The translations under genes were made by a program, and so were the position numbers. From Octopus vulgaris (taxonomy: Eukaryota), in the NCBI GenBank assembly GCA_951406725.2, contig OX597827.1:68262001-68326000 (forward strand): a DNA stretch of 64,000 nt, given 5' to 3'. The notes below the pieces were generated by a model, which had not been told where the DNA came from, did not search any database, and saw only the letters and a list, made by a program, of their open reading frames with translations. Shown piece after piece: positions 11,862 to 25,654 of this stretch. The number at the start of each line of letters is the position of its first letter. Position 1 is the first letter of the stretch.

Positions 11862-12202
11862 AGTAATTATAGCCAGAGGCCAAGCAAAGGACTCTGTGTA
11901 TTTTGAACGAAAAATAACAATTGAGGATAGCAGGATTTGAGGATTAGTAAGAAGTGGAAGGTGTGGAGGAAATTATTGAGGCGACGGAGGTTATAAGTAA
12001 AATATTGTAAAAAAAAGGTACCCTATCTTTATGTGTGTGGTTTTTGGGTAAGAGTATTAACGAGCAAGGGCGAAGAACAGTATCTATATCAGCGGTGTTG
12101 AGAGATTGTCCTTCATTCCTACTGTGTTATGGTCAGATAGTATTTCCGTGTCCCTATTCGCATGTCACCTGAACATGATGGAGCTGGTAGGGCCTGTCAG
12201 AG

Positions 12203-12434
12203 GGCGGCGAGCTGGCAGAAACGATAGTATGCCGGGCGAAATGCGTAGCCGTATTTCGTCTGTCGTTACGTTCTTGGTTCAAATTCCGCCTTGGTCGACT
12301 TTGCCTTTCATCCTTTCGGAGTCGATAAATTAAGTACCAGTTATGCACTGGGGTCGATGTAATCGACTTAATCCGTTTGTCTGTCCTTTTTTTGTCCTCT
12401 CTATGTTTAGCCCCTTGTGGGTAGTAAAGAAATA
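12203..12434 (+). mobile_element. SINE group A, young, full length
   Basis: 14-bp TSD ggtagggcctgtca at 12186-12199 and 12435-12448; core gcctttcatcctttcggagtcgataaattaagtaccag. Confidence 0.93.
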
Positions 12435-13353
12435 GGTAGGGCCTGTCACTAAAATGGCTGACTTGAATGGATACATGACACCGTCACAGATAGAAAAATA
12501 CATTTTGAAAAACTTTTGTCATCTTCCATATTGCACAAAATTCCAAGCCATAACGAGGAGTCCCTAACAGATTACCTGATCTAATAGAAATAGCAGCCAA
12601 GTCCAGCTTAAACCAAACCATACCGTCTTAAAAGTAGGAAAGACATTAGATAAAGCAATCGTTAATGCCTCTAATCAGGAAGGATGTCTTTGGTCGTAGG
12701 GTTTTCTCGATCACAGTTGAATTTCGACTAAGCAACGACTACGATCCTGCAACCATAATAAGTGATGAATCCCAGATCATGAACACATCTTTATGGCATT
12801 GAATCAGATTCATTAGGCATAGATGGTATTCGTTTGATGTTCTGTACACCAACACGTAACGTTAATGTCATTATAACATTCATTGTAAAATATCATAATT
12901 TTTTAAACCGTCATTCATTTACACAGTTAAACACCTGGTTTACACAATGGTTTACTTTATTTCCTGTAAACCATCCAATGTTTACTTCCGCCTTACACAT
13001 CTCTTACAATTAACAGTTTTTCATTTCCACATTTTATACGATATTTTTCCATGTTTTCATCGAATTCACTTCTATTATGTCCCGGCAATCAATTTCCAAC
13101 GGTTGATTTCACAAATTTTAACCAGCTGGCAGTCTAACCAGCTGCGGATGATCTCTCTCTCGGAAGACTGATTCGTTTCCTATCGTTTGGCAAACATCTC
13201 TTCTATGTACATTCATAAGTACTTGTGTAAATAACAATGAACGTGATGTTTATTGTGTGTGTGTGTGTTTGGTGATAGCTTTGAGAAACGTTTATTGCTT
13301 TCAATTCTTATTAACACCAGTTTTAAAACGTCACTGTTGGCGCTTTTTTTATA

Positions 13354-13771
13354 TACTCTCTTTTACTCTTTCACTCTTTTACTTGTTTCAGTCATTTGAC
13401 TGCGGCCATGCTGGAGCACCGCCTTTTTAGTCGAGCAAATCGACCCCGGGACTTATTCTTTCTAAGCCCAGTACTTATTCTATCGGTCTCTTTTTGCCGA
13501 ACCGCTAAGTGACGGGGACGTAAACACACCAGCATCGGTCGTCAAGCAATGCTAGGGGGACAAACACAGACACACTAGCATACACACACATACATATACA
13601 TATATACGACAGGCTTCTTTCAGTTTCCGTCTACCAAATCCACTCACAAGGCATTGGTCGGCCCGGGGCTATAGCAGAAGACACTTGCCCAAGGTGCCAC
13701 GCAGTGGGACTGAAACCGGAACCATGTGGTTGGTTAGCAAGCTACTTACCACACAGCCACTCCTGCGCCTA
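13354..13771 (-). mobile_element. SINE group B, full length
   Basis: Same head, core and tail as 3521-3970; tandem ttttactc-type tail. Confidence 0.92.
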
Positions 13772-13881
13772 TATATTTCCCCATATCTTACTAAAATTTA
13801 TTTAATGTGCTACGAAGTATGGAAACGAACTCACAAAAGAAAAAAAGAGCATTATAAGCCGATATACTTTCTTTGATAGCA

Positions 13882-13905
13882 TCTCTCTATATATAAACGG
13901 CAGTT

Positions 13906-13936
<31 letters not shown>

Positions 13937-14282
13937 CTGTGTGTCTGTTAGGTTGTACCCTCACCCTGACCACGGCTTTCAACCGATTCTGATGAAACTT
14001 GACACACACATAGCCCAATGTCATAATTCAAAACTAACGCAGCGAAAATTTTGAAAAGTTCCCCCAGTTCTGAAAAAAATCGATAAATTCGACATGGGGT
14101 CGAGAATCAGAAGCACAAACCACAGACTGTCTAGGGGACGCAACTAAAACCTTTTTAACTCTCAAAAAAAATTTACCATCATTTTTTTCCCATTTTTTTG
14201 CTATTTTTTGGCTATAACTCTCTAAAAATGCTTTATAGTTATTTCCCTTACAAACCCAAGCAACGCCGGGCGATACTGCTAG
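13882..14282 (+). mobile_element. Non-autonomous Helitron (body type I)
   Basis: A|TC 5' end, subterminal hairpin cccaagcaacgccggg, CTAG|T 3' end, no TSD. Confidence 0.88.
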
Positions 14283-14466
14283 TATTACCTAAAAAACAAA
14301 ATGTAACGGTGTATGACCTGAAGAAGTGTCCTGAAGAAGTGACTCTTTATGAAAACATGATCTTACATAATGTTATGTGACCTTACATACTGTTACATAC
14401 CAAAGTATAGGATGTGCTACAGAAACATATGTAGTGACAGCCAAAATACGGATTCATTTCATCCTT

Positions 14467-15644
14467 ATTACTACTGTGAGGCACATGGCTTAGTGGTTAG
14501 GGTGTTGGACTCATGACCGCAAAATTGTGATTTCGATTCCTGTACCAGGCAATGAATTGTATTATTAGACAAAACACTCCATTTTATGTTGTTCCAGTCT
14601 ATTCAGCTGGCAAACATGATTAATCTTGCGACTGACCGGCGTCCCGTCTAGGGGAAGAGTATATATATACGACGGAGGCGCAATGGCCCAGTGGTTAGGG
14701 CAGCGGACTCGCGGTCATAGGATCGCGGTTTCGATTCCCAGACCGGGCGTTGTGAGTGTTTATTGAGCGAAAACACCTAAAGCTCCACGAGGCTCCGGTA
14801 GGGGATGGTGGTGATCCCTGCTGTACTCTTTCACCACAACTTTCTCTCACTCTTACTTCCTGTTTCTGTTGTACCTGCATTTCAAAGGGCCGGCCTTGTC
14901 ACTCTCTGTGTGACGCTGAATATCCCCGAGAACTACGTTAAGGGTACACGTGTCTGTGGAGTGCTCAGTCACTTACACGTTAATTTCACGAGCAGGCTGT
15001 TCCGTTGATTCGGATCAACCGGAACCCTCATCGTCGTAACCGACGGAGTGCTTCCATTACTACTGTGAGGCGCATGGCTTAGTGGTTAGGGTGTTGGACT
15101 CATGACCGCAAAATTGTGATTTCGATTCCTGTACAAGGCAATGAATTGTATTATTGGACAAAACACTCCATTTTATGTTGTTCCAGTCTATTCAGCTGGC
15201 AAACATGATTAATCTTGCGACTGACCGGCGTCCCGTCTAGGGGAAGAGTATATATACGACGGATGCGCAATGGCCCAGTGATTAGGGCAGCGGACTCGCA
15301 GTCATAGGATCGTGGTTTCGATTCCCAGACCGGGCGTTGTGAGTGTTTATTGAGCGAAAACACCTAAAGCTCCACGATGCTCCGGCAGGGGATGGTGGTG
15401 ATCCCTGCTGTACTCTTTCACCACAACTTTCTCTCACTCTTACTTCCTGTTTCTGTTGTACCTGTATTTCAAAGGGCCGGCCTTGTCACTCTCTGTGTGT
15501 CACGCTGATTATCCCCGAGAACTACGTTAAGGGTACACGTGTCTGTGGAGTGCTCAGTCACTTACACGTTAATTTCACGAGCAGGCTGTTCCGTTGATTC
15601 GGATCAACCGGAACCCTCGTCGTCGTAATCGACGGAGTGCTTCC
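14467..15644 (+). repeat. Tandem duplication (2 x 589 bp) of [H2/T2 SINE 5' part + inserted H1/T1 SINE]
   Basis: Units 14467-15055 and 15056-15644 both start attactactgtgaggc and end ggagtgcttcc; the host SINE remainder resumes at about 15645-15695. Confidence 0.92.
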
Positions 15645-16406
15645 ACATATATACAACACGGAATCTGGGAAACCGACACTATGAGTCGTGAAGGTTAACG
15701 TAAATTTACGCACACAATGTACATGCTTTAAACCACGATTACTGTTGCTGCGCGCAGGCATCCGAATGAATCACCGCCGTTAACTGGTTTATACGTAATC
15801 AAAATTGACATTTTTGTATGCGTTTGTGTACAAGATGGAGATCTGTGCGTAATTTGCTTTTAACCATTCAAATGTGTAGGACCATATATTTTATATATGC
15901 ATGTTTATATATCTATCAACGACGTGCGCAGGCACACATTTGTGTCGCCAAAATTATACTGCGTGAGTCTGTCACATCATGGCAACCCGGATGTCATCCA
16001 TTACTCACTACTGAAATGAATTTTATGGAGAAGGACATGGGTGTTTCTTAGTAATCAACGAATACTTTCATTATACTTACTTCGCCTGTATTGTGCGCGT
16101 GGGTGCATGTGAACGCGTAGGGTGGATTTTCTTTTGTAGAAATAACGTGATATTCTTTAATGTTCTTTTCTTAGAAATTCCATCATAAACACATCCATTT
16201 TTGCGTATTTGCTTATTTTAAAATTCATATATTAACTAAACAACCGGAAGTGACAATTTGGGAATCCCCAATGCGTACGAACGAAATCTGCTGCTGTGAG
16301 ATAATTGAGACACCATTCAGCATAAAGAGAAAACTTTTGAAATTTGCTGGAATAATTTACTTTCGCTATGCGCGAAATTCTAAAAGAAATTATGTTTTTC
16401 TTTTAA

Positions 16407-16606
16407 TTCTTTTACTTGTTTCAGTCATTTGACTACGGCAATGCTGGAGCACTGCCTTTAGTCGAACGAATCGACCCCACCCGGGACTTATTCTTTGTAA
16501 GCTTAGTGCTTATTCTATCGGTCTGTTTTTGCTGAACCGCTAAGTTAGGGACACAAACACACCAACATTGCTTGTCAAGCGATGATGGGATGACAAACAC
16601 AGACAT

Positions 16607-16670
<64 letters not shown>

Positions 16671-16686
16671 ACTCACATATGTAAGT

Positions 16687-16743
<57 letters not shown>

Positions 16744-16783
16744 AAAGACGGGCTTCTTTCAGTTTCCGTCTACCAAATCCACC
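16407..16783 (-). mobile_element. SINE group B, 5'-truncated, long internal (CA)n(TA)n
   Basis: Tail and body match other copies; similarity stops after accaaatccac. Confidence 0.88.
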
Positions 16784-16789
16784 AACACG

Positions 16790-17800
16790 AAGCAGATTTA
16801 CAAACTTATTGTTTCTGAAATGGAACTTCTCTCCATCAGATCAACACTGGCTTTGCTGTACCAGATTGATCAGAATTTCTAGAACCATCTTGAGATATTG
16901 CCAGCAACAACTTACAGACGGCTGACGATAACATTTGTAAAAAAAACACTGAAGTAAGAACAACAACCTGCATTTGACATTTTAATAGATGCCATGCAGA
17001 GCAACAGCTCAAGTTCAAATATCTTCTTTGTTGATGATTCTGGCTCTTCTCATATTTCAATTGGTCATTCCTTCGATTAGTGTTCGACTGAAATATATCT
17101 TTAATTAGTACCGAGGTCGACTTTGCCTTTCATCCTTTCGGGGTCGATAAATAAAGTACCAGTTTCGCACTGGGGTCGATGTAATCGACTTAATCCCTTT
17201 GTCTGTCCTTGTTTGTCCCCTCTATGCTTAGCCCTTTGTGGGCAGTAAAGAAATATATATCTTAGTTAGTACGGATAAGAGTGCTGGAATTAACGAGTAC
17301 GTACTGCCGTGTTTGTTCTCCAAAAATAGTTCCACAGCTCATTCAACTTGCCATATGTTTGTCTCCATTGATAAGGACTCTGTTTACAGTATTTCTGTCA
17401 ACAGCAAACCAGTAGCAGAAAATCACCTGTTGGAACGACGCACCAAAAATGTTGTGGTACGAAAATGTTGATAGCACATTTCACAAATTTTTGTGAAATA
17501 TTCTACCTGTTGGTGATAGAATTATACTTAGTAAAGTGATTTACGACCAACAGTGTCCTATCTTAAAGAAATCTGATGGAAATGCTATCGTGAATACTCT
17601 TCATTTTAGATGACTTTAATTAAACAGGAAATTACGATGTGCTTGAGATGACAGCATAGAGAGTTTCGGGACTGGGCTGATGTTCCGCTCCACATTGGCG
17701 GCCGGAGGGGATAACAGGATTTTGATATTAAGATCGAGTTTCCAAACGGTTTTGAGTTTGTATCGAATGAACGTGAAATTATACTTAAAAAAAAAACGTT
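16790..17800 (+). pseudogene. Decayed Helitron RepHel (Pif1-family helicase) coding fragment, interrupted by a SINE
   Basis: Manual translation gives colinear Pif1-like motifs across frameshifts: EQQPAFDILIDAM..IFFVDDSG (16958-17044), TAHST..SIDKDSVYSISVNSK (17334 on), WNDAP..YENVDSTF (17431 on), FRDW...LHIG (17664 on). Confidence 0.72.
17111..17255 (+). mobile_element. SINE group A, young, 5'-truncated
   Basis: Core and tail intact; imperfect TSD atatatctt..ttagtac on both sides. Confidence 0.9.
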
Positions 17801-17829
17801 TTGGAAACCCACTGGATCCTTCAAATCTG

Positions 17830-18136
17830 ATGTACTTATTCTATCGGCCTCTTTTGTTGAACCACTGAGTTACGGGGACGTAAACACACCGCCATCGGTT
17901 GTCAAGCGACGGTGGGGGGACAAGCACAGACACATAAACATATACACACACACACACATATATATATATATGCATATATACGACGGGCTTCTTTCAGTTT
18001 CCGTCTACCAAATCCACTCACAAGGCTTTGGTCGGCCCGAGGCTATAGTAGAAGACACTTACCCAAGGTGCCACGCAGTGGGACTGAACCCGGAACCATG
18101 TGGTTGGTAAGCAACCTACTTACCACACAGCCACAG
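17830..18136 (-). mobile_element. SINE group B, partial
   Basis: gtacttattctatcgg...taccacacagccac. Confidence 0.88.
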
Positions 18137-18816
18137 TAACTCCCAATAGATTGGTTGAGTGCCCTTCTTTCGTTTTCCCACTCACTCGTATACACACACA
18201 AACTCACACACACATCCCTACACAAACATGTGTGTGTATGTGTGTGTGTGTGTATAAATGTAAGATCCAGAGGTGGAGGTGTAGGAAGAAAATTAGCTTT
18301 TATATTGTATATATATGTATGTGTGTGTATACATAAGTATGTATATATACAGACATTCATGCACTTACAACATAGACGTACGTACATACACACATACACA
18401 CACCTATTGTAGTCATGCATAGTAAACACACGATACAAATAAGAATGGAATATTTCATTCAGAATTTCTTGTCAGCAATGTTCCGCCGCCCTTTTAAATA
18501 ACGAATTAAATTAGGTGAGGAAACACTCCCTGTAAACCGGATATAAAAGTTCATTAAAAATGTTAAGCCGATATCTAATAAACTCTATCCTAGCGAGCTT
18601 ATTAATGGAATCCTCTTCCCCAAACGCGGCTACATATGTGTCGCTGTCATATTACCTTACACACCAGCCATGTTGTCGTATCAAAAACGATCGCCGCCTG
18701 TGTGTCTATATAAATATGTGTGTAGTTACGTATGTAAATATGTATGCATGTATCTCTGAACCTGTTTTCACTTCTCCCCTTTCTCACACTTTCCATCTAC
18801 ATCTCTCGCTATATCA

Positions 18817-18884
<68 letters not shown>

Positions 18885-18890
18885 CATTAA

Positions 18891-18942
<52 letters not shown>

Positions 18943-18949
18943 AAAATAA

Positions 18950-19203
18950 TAATAAATGCGCCCTTTTAAAGCCTAGCCAGGCTCATGGGCCCGGTTTCCC
19001 GGTTTCTATGGCGCATGTATTTCCCAGCTGGATGCGACGCCAGTCCATCGCAGCGTTACTCCTTTTCGCCAGCTGAGTGGACTGGAGCAACGTGAAATGA
19101 AGTTTTTTGCTCAAGAACACAACGTGTCGCCCGATCAAGGAATCGAAACCCCAATCTTACGATCATGATGCTGACACCCTAACCACTAAGCCACGCGCCT
19201 CAC
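18950..19203 (-). mobile_element. SINE group C, head H2 + CORE-like segment + tail T2
   Basis: Reverse complement: gtgaggcgcgtggcttagtggttaggg...gttcttgagcaa...aacgctgcgatggactggcg...aaaagggcgc. Confidence 0.9.
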
Positions 19204-19208
19204 AAATA

Positions 19209-19318
<110 letters not shown>

Positions 19319-19319
19319 G

Positions 19320-19490
19320 TTTCTTTTTACTTGTTTTAGTCATTAGACTGCGGCCATGCTGGGTCACCGTCTTGAAGAATTTTAGTCGAACAAATACCCC
19401 CCAGCCTGATACTTATTCGATCGGTTTCTTTTGTTGAATCACTATATTACAGGAACGTAAACTCACTAGTACCGGTTGTCAAGCGGTGTG
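19320..19490 (-). mobile_element. SINE group B 3' fragment after a (TA)n tract of about 90 bp
   Basis: ttacttgttttagtcattagactgcggccatgctgg...ccggttgtcaagcg. Confidence 0.75.
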
Positions 19491-19518
19491 GTGGAGGTGG
19501 TGGTGGTAGTACCACATC

Positions 19519-19563
<45 letters not shown>

Positions 19564-20029
19564 CGTCATAAGCCTTCGACGTTTTCTATCCAAAGGGCAT
19601 TTTAACCCAATGTTTACTATATTATTTATAGCTTTATCTGTTTCGAGTTTCAGTTCTCAAAACGTTTCTTAATTATGCTAATTCTCTTGAGATTGCACAG
19701 TTCCTTAATAGCTACTGCCCATGGGATCTTCGCGAGCATTGCGAATAATTTATATTTCATTGCCATGAAACTCTGCTACAATTAGTGGATTCATAAACTG
19801 ATCTATTTTAGAATATTTATGTAGAAGAATATTTCTAGTTTAGATTTGGCTAGTTATATATATATAGAAAGATGTAGGCGGAATTAACAGACAGCGAAGA
19901 AGGAAGAAAACTAACGAATTAATAACTTATGATAGGAGAAAAGTGAGATAAGTGAATCAACAATTTGTATGAAGCTAAATTTTCGACAGATAGTTTCCTA
20001 ATTAATTTTCAATTAAGCTGTAGAGACAT

Positions 20030-20403
20030 CCTCGTCGTCGTGACACTCGGTCGGTTACGACGACGAGGGTTCCAGTTGATCCAATCAACGGAACAGGCTA
20101 CACGTGAAATTAGCGTGCAAGTGGCTGAGCACTCCACAGACTCGTGTACCCTTAACGTAGTTTTCTGGGAGATTCTGTGTGACACAAGGTGTGACAAGGC
20201 TGGCCCCTTTGAAATAGAAGTACAAGAGAAACAGGAAGAAAGAGTGAGAGAAAGTTGTGGTGAAAGAGTACAGCAGGGTTCGTCACCCCACCCCACTGCC
20301 GGAGCCTCGTGGAGCTTTAGGTGTGTTTCCCGGTCTGGGTATCGAAACCGCGATCCTACGACCGTGAGTCCGTTGCCCTAACCCCCGAGCCATTGCGCCT
20401 CCA
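20030..20403 (-). mobile_element. SINE group C H1/T1 with a fold-back addition at its 3' end
   Basis: 12-bp TSD ctgtagagacat at 20018-20029 and 20404-20415. Confidence 0.9.
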
Positions 20404-22259
20404 CTGTAGAGACATAGTGTAGTAAGAAAAGGAAAAAGACAAAAAAGGCAATGAACTTTGAGCGAATAATTAGCGCAGATTGGAAGGAAATACTTAATGA
20501 GAGACCAATTACAAATTATAACTGATCTGCGCACAATCGTGTGTGTATGTGAGAGAGAGAGAGAGAGAGAGAGAGAAGAAGAAGAAGAAGAAGAGAGAGA
20601 GAGAGGGCAGAGAGAGCGCATGTGTGTGTATTTGGTATTGTGAATACTAGAAGTGTTGGATCTATATTATTTTGGGTGCCATTGTAGTAAAGACGCAAAC
20701 ATGTAGATTATTCTGGAATGTTGGTTCTGACCCTGAATTTCTTTCAGCTGAGTGAAGTTCAGAAAACTTGTTGAGGTAGGTAGTTGCAGACGTGTTGTTC
20801 TATAGTTACATCGAATTTAGCTGCGTTTTTCATTTATCAACAGACCGATGCATTACAATTAACAAAAACCATAAAGTTTGCATACAAACATATCTAAGGA
20901 TGTTTACATACAACTAGGATTTTATAATGAGTTCTGTTTTTAGTTTCTTTTCATGTCAAATATTTATTTACCGTATTTGATGGCTTAGAAGGCTCACAGG
21001 CGTGAAAAGAAAACCCCTCCCTCGATTTCTGCAGGGAATTGTAAAAAAAAGAAGTTTTTGTGTATTTAAGCATTTAATGTTTATTGATGTATGTAGTAGC
21101 TATGGTAGTTAGAAACAAACAAACGGGGGAGTAGAATAAAAAGGAAAGTAAAATAATAATAATAATAATAACTTGGACGTAACATGCAACCAGGACAGCA
21201 AGAAAAATATTTTTTAATAATAATCTTGTAATTTACAAGAGAAAACAAAAACAGCTTAAACCAAAACAGAAACCATTTTATAACAACAAGCTACCAGTAG
21301 AGATGAAAATACCGGTAAATCAGGAAATCAGACAAGCAGGATAGTCGTTTTAAAGTAGAAATATCACAGATGAATGCAATAAAACATAGCAAGTAAGACA
21401 AAAGCACCTTGGCTAAAGCGGAAAACATTTTATATAAAGAAAAGTTACCAGTCTAGTTTAGTATATAAGCAGGAAATCAGATGAAGGACGTTCATTTACA
21501 GTGAAAATATTATGCTCTACGTTGATAGCTATCAACCTTTTGTAGTTCAGCACCCGCTTTACAGAATGTTGTTTACAAACGCCCCCATTCTATGTTGTCG
21601 TTTTACGAACTTTCACTTCTCGTCGTGTTGGGGTTTAAAAAAACGCGTTTTAAAAATGCGACTACTGATATCATATTAATTGTAATATTAATGATAAACA
21701 TATAAATAAATAAATTTGATTATTTTAATCAAAGAGAAGCTAATCTTGTAAAAAGGTTTATTATCTATGTTCATATTCTGTTCCATCCGACATAAGTCTC
21801 CTTTTTGATAATTGCGTAAATTATAATGTCCTCCTGCATTAAAATATATGTGGAAATTATTAAAGACAGCGAGAACTTATAATGAAATTATATTCGGCTT
21901 TGGCACATCATCAGTCATGCTTCTGCTCACAGATAATATAGTCGAATTCCGACATTATTTTGAAAATAATGTGTTTAGAATATAAGTATTGTAACCAGGT
22001 TAAATATTTTTATCTCTTAGAAATATTACGACTTCACTAGCCACCCAGTGCTTCGGATAGCAGCCTCTTAACATTTGGCCCTCCCTTGCGAACTTGCTAT
22101 GTCTCAAGAAGGTGCTGCCGCCAAAGTTATTCTTCATGAATATAGTAGCAAAACATTCCACAAGAAACAAAATCAGTTTAATCATAACACAAAGCGGTTT
22201 TTTTTTTTTTCGGAAATCAATCTGTTAGTCTGATTGCTTGTTAATGTGATGTGTATGAG

Positions 22260-22470
22260 CAGCGGGCTGGCAGAATCGGTTGCACGCCGAGCAAATTGCT
22301 TAGCGGCATTTCGTCTGTCTTCACATTCCGGGTTCAAATTCTGCTGAGGTCGACTTTGCCTTTATATCTTCTCGGAGGTCAATAAAATATTCACCAGTTT
22401 GTCACTGGGGTCGATGTAGTCGACTCACGCCCTTCGCGGAATTGCTGGTCTTGTACCAGAATTTGAAACC
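22260..22470 (+). mobile_element. SINE group A, older tail type
   Basis: gggctggcagaatcg...gtcgactttgccttt...attgctggtcttgtaccagaatttgaaacc. Confidence 0.85.
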
Positions 22471-23192
22471 AAGATAATGAAATTTGCTTATGAATATTTT
22501 GTAACGAAAGCATTTAATCGTTTTCAGATTGAATAAAATTTTAATGCTTTACATTCATAATTCGCTGGCATTTTCTGTGCGATGCATTTTTTGTACATAT
22601 TGAGAACACCCACCTTTTTCATGAACTGGCACACCAAATTTATGTCCCTGCTAGACATTGAATCGCTAGTTCTTTTGCTAATATCCTGGCCTCATTATTT
22701 ATAATTTGTGATGGAAATCTATTTCCCTCTATTCTTTTCATCTCTCAGTTCACCTCATGATTTGGTCAATGTGGAGTATAACAACGGAAGTTAAGTTTAA
22801 AATTTTTAGGATTACATCCCAAGCAAATGTAATGATTAAGTATTTTCTTCTTTTAACAATAATCTTGAAGCAAAAAAATTTACACTAATATCATTGTGGG
22901 TTTGTATTTCTTTTATTATTGTTAAACTAATAATCGATGTCCTAAGATGCTCGTACTATAATTAACACCAAATACAGACTACGGCGACCATGGTCAGTAA
23001 TGGCGTTATTCTCAATTATTATCCTAACTTCAGAAAATTATGACTTTTCTTGCTATAATTTAGCTCAATAGATTCATCCTGATCTTGAAGGCCCGTGATC
23101 AAAAGCATTTCCCACATAGTATGTCCCGGACAGCGAGTTCCTTTTTAAAGAGAATGGTGTGTGGCTTGAACGAAACTTATCTACTGTATATA

Positions 23193-23413
23193 TATTTCTT
23201 TACTACCCACAAGGGGCTAAACATAGAGGGGACAAACAAGGACAGACAAAGGTATTAAGTCGATTACATCGACCCCAGTGCGTAACTGGTACTTATTTAA
23301 TCGACCCCGAAAGGATGAAAGACAAAGTCGACCTCGGCGGAATTTGAACTCAGAACGTAACAGCAGACGAAATACCGCTAAGCATTTCGCCCGCCGTGCC
23401 AGCGCGCCGCCTT
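23193..23413 (-). mobile_element. SINE group A, young
   Basis: 16-bp TSD ttatctactgtatata at 23177-23192 and 23415-23430. Confidence 0.92.
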
Positions 23414-25616
23414 ATTATCTACTGTATATAGTAGGTCTAGCAAACACATATAGGCAGGCTCCTTCGTTCTATATACGTATGAAATAACCAAACCGAAGAA
23501 GACCTATAACTTTAAGCTCACCAACTGAAAATTGAGTAAAAGTGACCTAGACGTATAGAAATTGTCTTATTCATGCCAGGCTGCAGGAGAATCCAGTAAT
23601 AATTGCTTGTTCAATCAACCAACAGTACACAACACATCTGCCCAGTGTATTGAGACTGACATTAAAAGTTGGTCATGCTCCACCCTTTTATCTTGAATTA
23701 CTATCAACAGAAAGATATCATATGTAACTATTAGAATATTAGACGCAAGTTCGGTATGTGTGTGCGTGTGTGTGTGTGTATAAGATTACTTGGTATAAGA
23801 GTTCTAGTAGTTTTGTGTTAACGCTCAATGAGAGAAATCTTTCGAAATTTTTTTTTGTTTTTGATTTTTAGTAAGGAGAAAAGGCAATAGAGTAGCCATG
23901 ATCCGCTTCGGTGTCGGTAATTCTTGAGGTTTGGGAGCGAGGATAATGATTTAGTTATCCTCAAGCCGGGAACCTGGCCCAAATGCTCGCGACAGAAAAG
24001 ATTCGACCAAAGGTACCCAAAGAGACAAGGCGTGATGTATTAAGTGACGGGTTAAGTTAAGATTTCCATGTTGGGATTTGATTTCAGAATGCTAATATCC
24101 GGAGAAATAAATATCGCAAGACATCCGGTTTGATGTTCTTACACTTCTACCTAATCTGCCGAGTTGGATTGGCACTTTGGATTGGTTATCGATTCCAAAA
24201 AGATGAAAGGTAAATTCGAGCTCAACGGAATTTGAACTTAGAGGGGTAGAGATTCAGAACAAATACTACGAGACATTCTACCAACTCTGCTAAAGCGCCA
24301 CCTACAGCAATTATTATAAACACGAGTCTATAGCAATCTAAGAATACGGGGCAAATAACATTTTAAATTCGAAGACCCAACGAATTCTAGAAATATTATA
24401 ATTTTAATGTGAGAGCCTGGTGTTACTAACTATGAGGCCATTTTCTCTGAAATTTTCTTTTTAACTATGAAAACTGGAAAGTATATTCTGATTTATGCAC
24501 CGCCATTGCTTCTGTTTATGAAGGTGGCATTCCTAGTTTCTGCTACTATCTTTATAATTTGAGGCTGGCATTCCTCTTGTAATCAGTAGTCTTAAGTTGC
24601 CTTAAGTATCAAGTAAAGTTTGTATCTACAATGAAAGTTGATATTTTTTGTCAAGTCGCATAGCTGATTTTGCTTTCATGTGGGATGGCAACAAGTTGTT
24701 GCTGTTGTTACGAATGTCAGTCTGAAAGCCTCGATAGCTAAAGAAATAAGAACGCCAGAAATTGCAACAGCTGTGACATATTGCAGGAATACCGTTACCA
24801 ATGTTTTCATGAGCTGCCGTTATTGTATAAAAACGGAATAAACAACATCCCACAGAGCATATAAATTCATATACAGCTGCTGCTACTACAACGGTACTGA
24901 AGCCCGTATCACCGTCTACATATATTTACATTGGAAAAACATCATCGTAATAATAAAAACAATAAATAAAAATAAATATAAATCAGATAATGATAATGAT
25001 AATTATTACACTGAAGTAGGAGGGATAGATTCAATTGTTCTTCTGGTAGTGTCGTATGGAACATGGAAAATATTTGATTATTTGCTAAGAATAACATTTC
25101 CATCAAGTTGTATGTTTGTCTACATTATTCTCTCTCTCTCTCTCACTCGCTATTTTTCTTTCTATCTGTCTATTTACTCAACCAACCAACCCCCCTCTTA
25201 GTATCTATCAATCTATCTACCTATCTATCGTTATGTAAGTAGAGGGAGTTTTGCCAAAAAAAAAAAATGTGTTTTTCGTGATGACTATATATATAAACAA
25301 CACAGGCAGCATAAATTTACATATAGTGCATTCAATGAAACCAAATCACGAAAATATGTATATGCATTCGAACGCACACACACACACACACGCACAAAGA
25401 TGTAGATTAATTTCTTATTTCGCGTTCCTGTGTCAGTAGGATAGAATATTCGTTGTGATATTGAGCAGGCTTTTTCTGCTAGGAATTTACTTGGAGAAAT
25501 CTATGTATTTTCTCATTATAATTCTTCTGACCTCATTTTGCTCTTATCTCACTGTTTTTCTCAAAGTTCATGCCTTAGGTTTAACTGGTTTCCTGTACAC
25601 ACACAGACACACACAG

Positions 25617-25654
<38 letters not shown>

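Larger units (their letters stand above)
21740..23700 (+). pseudogene. Very old Helitron RepHel remnant split by two SINEs
   Basis: Weak but colinear motifs: RTYNEIIF..LLTDN (21872 on), WHFLCDAF and SLLDIESLV (22567-22670), LP...LTLKVG (23638-23673). Confidence 0.42.

Noticed and set aside
20770-20816. TGAGGTAGGTAGTTGC, similar to the let-7 seed
   Set aside because: The 3' half does not match let-7, and the possible hairpin is only about 47 nt and weak
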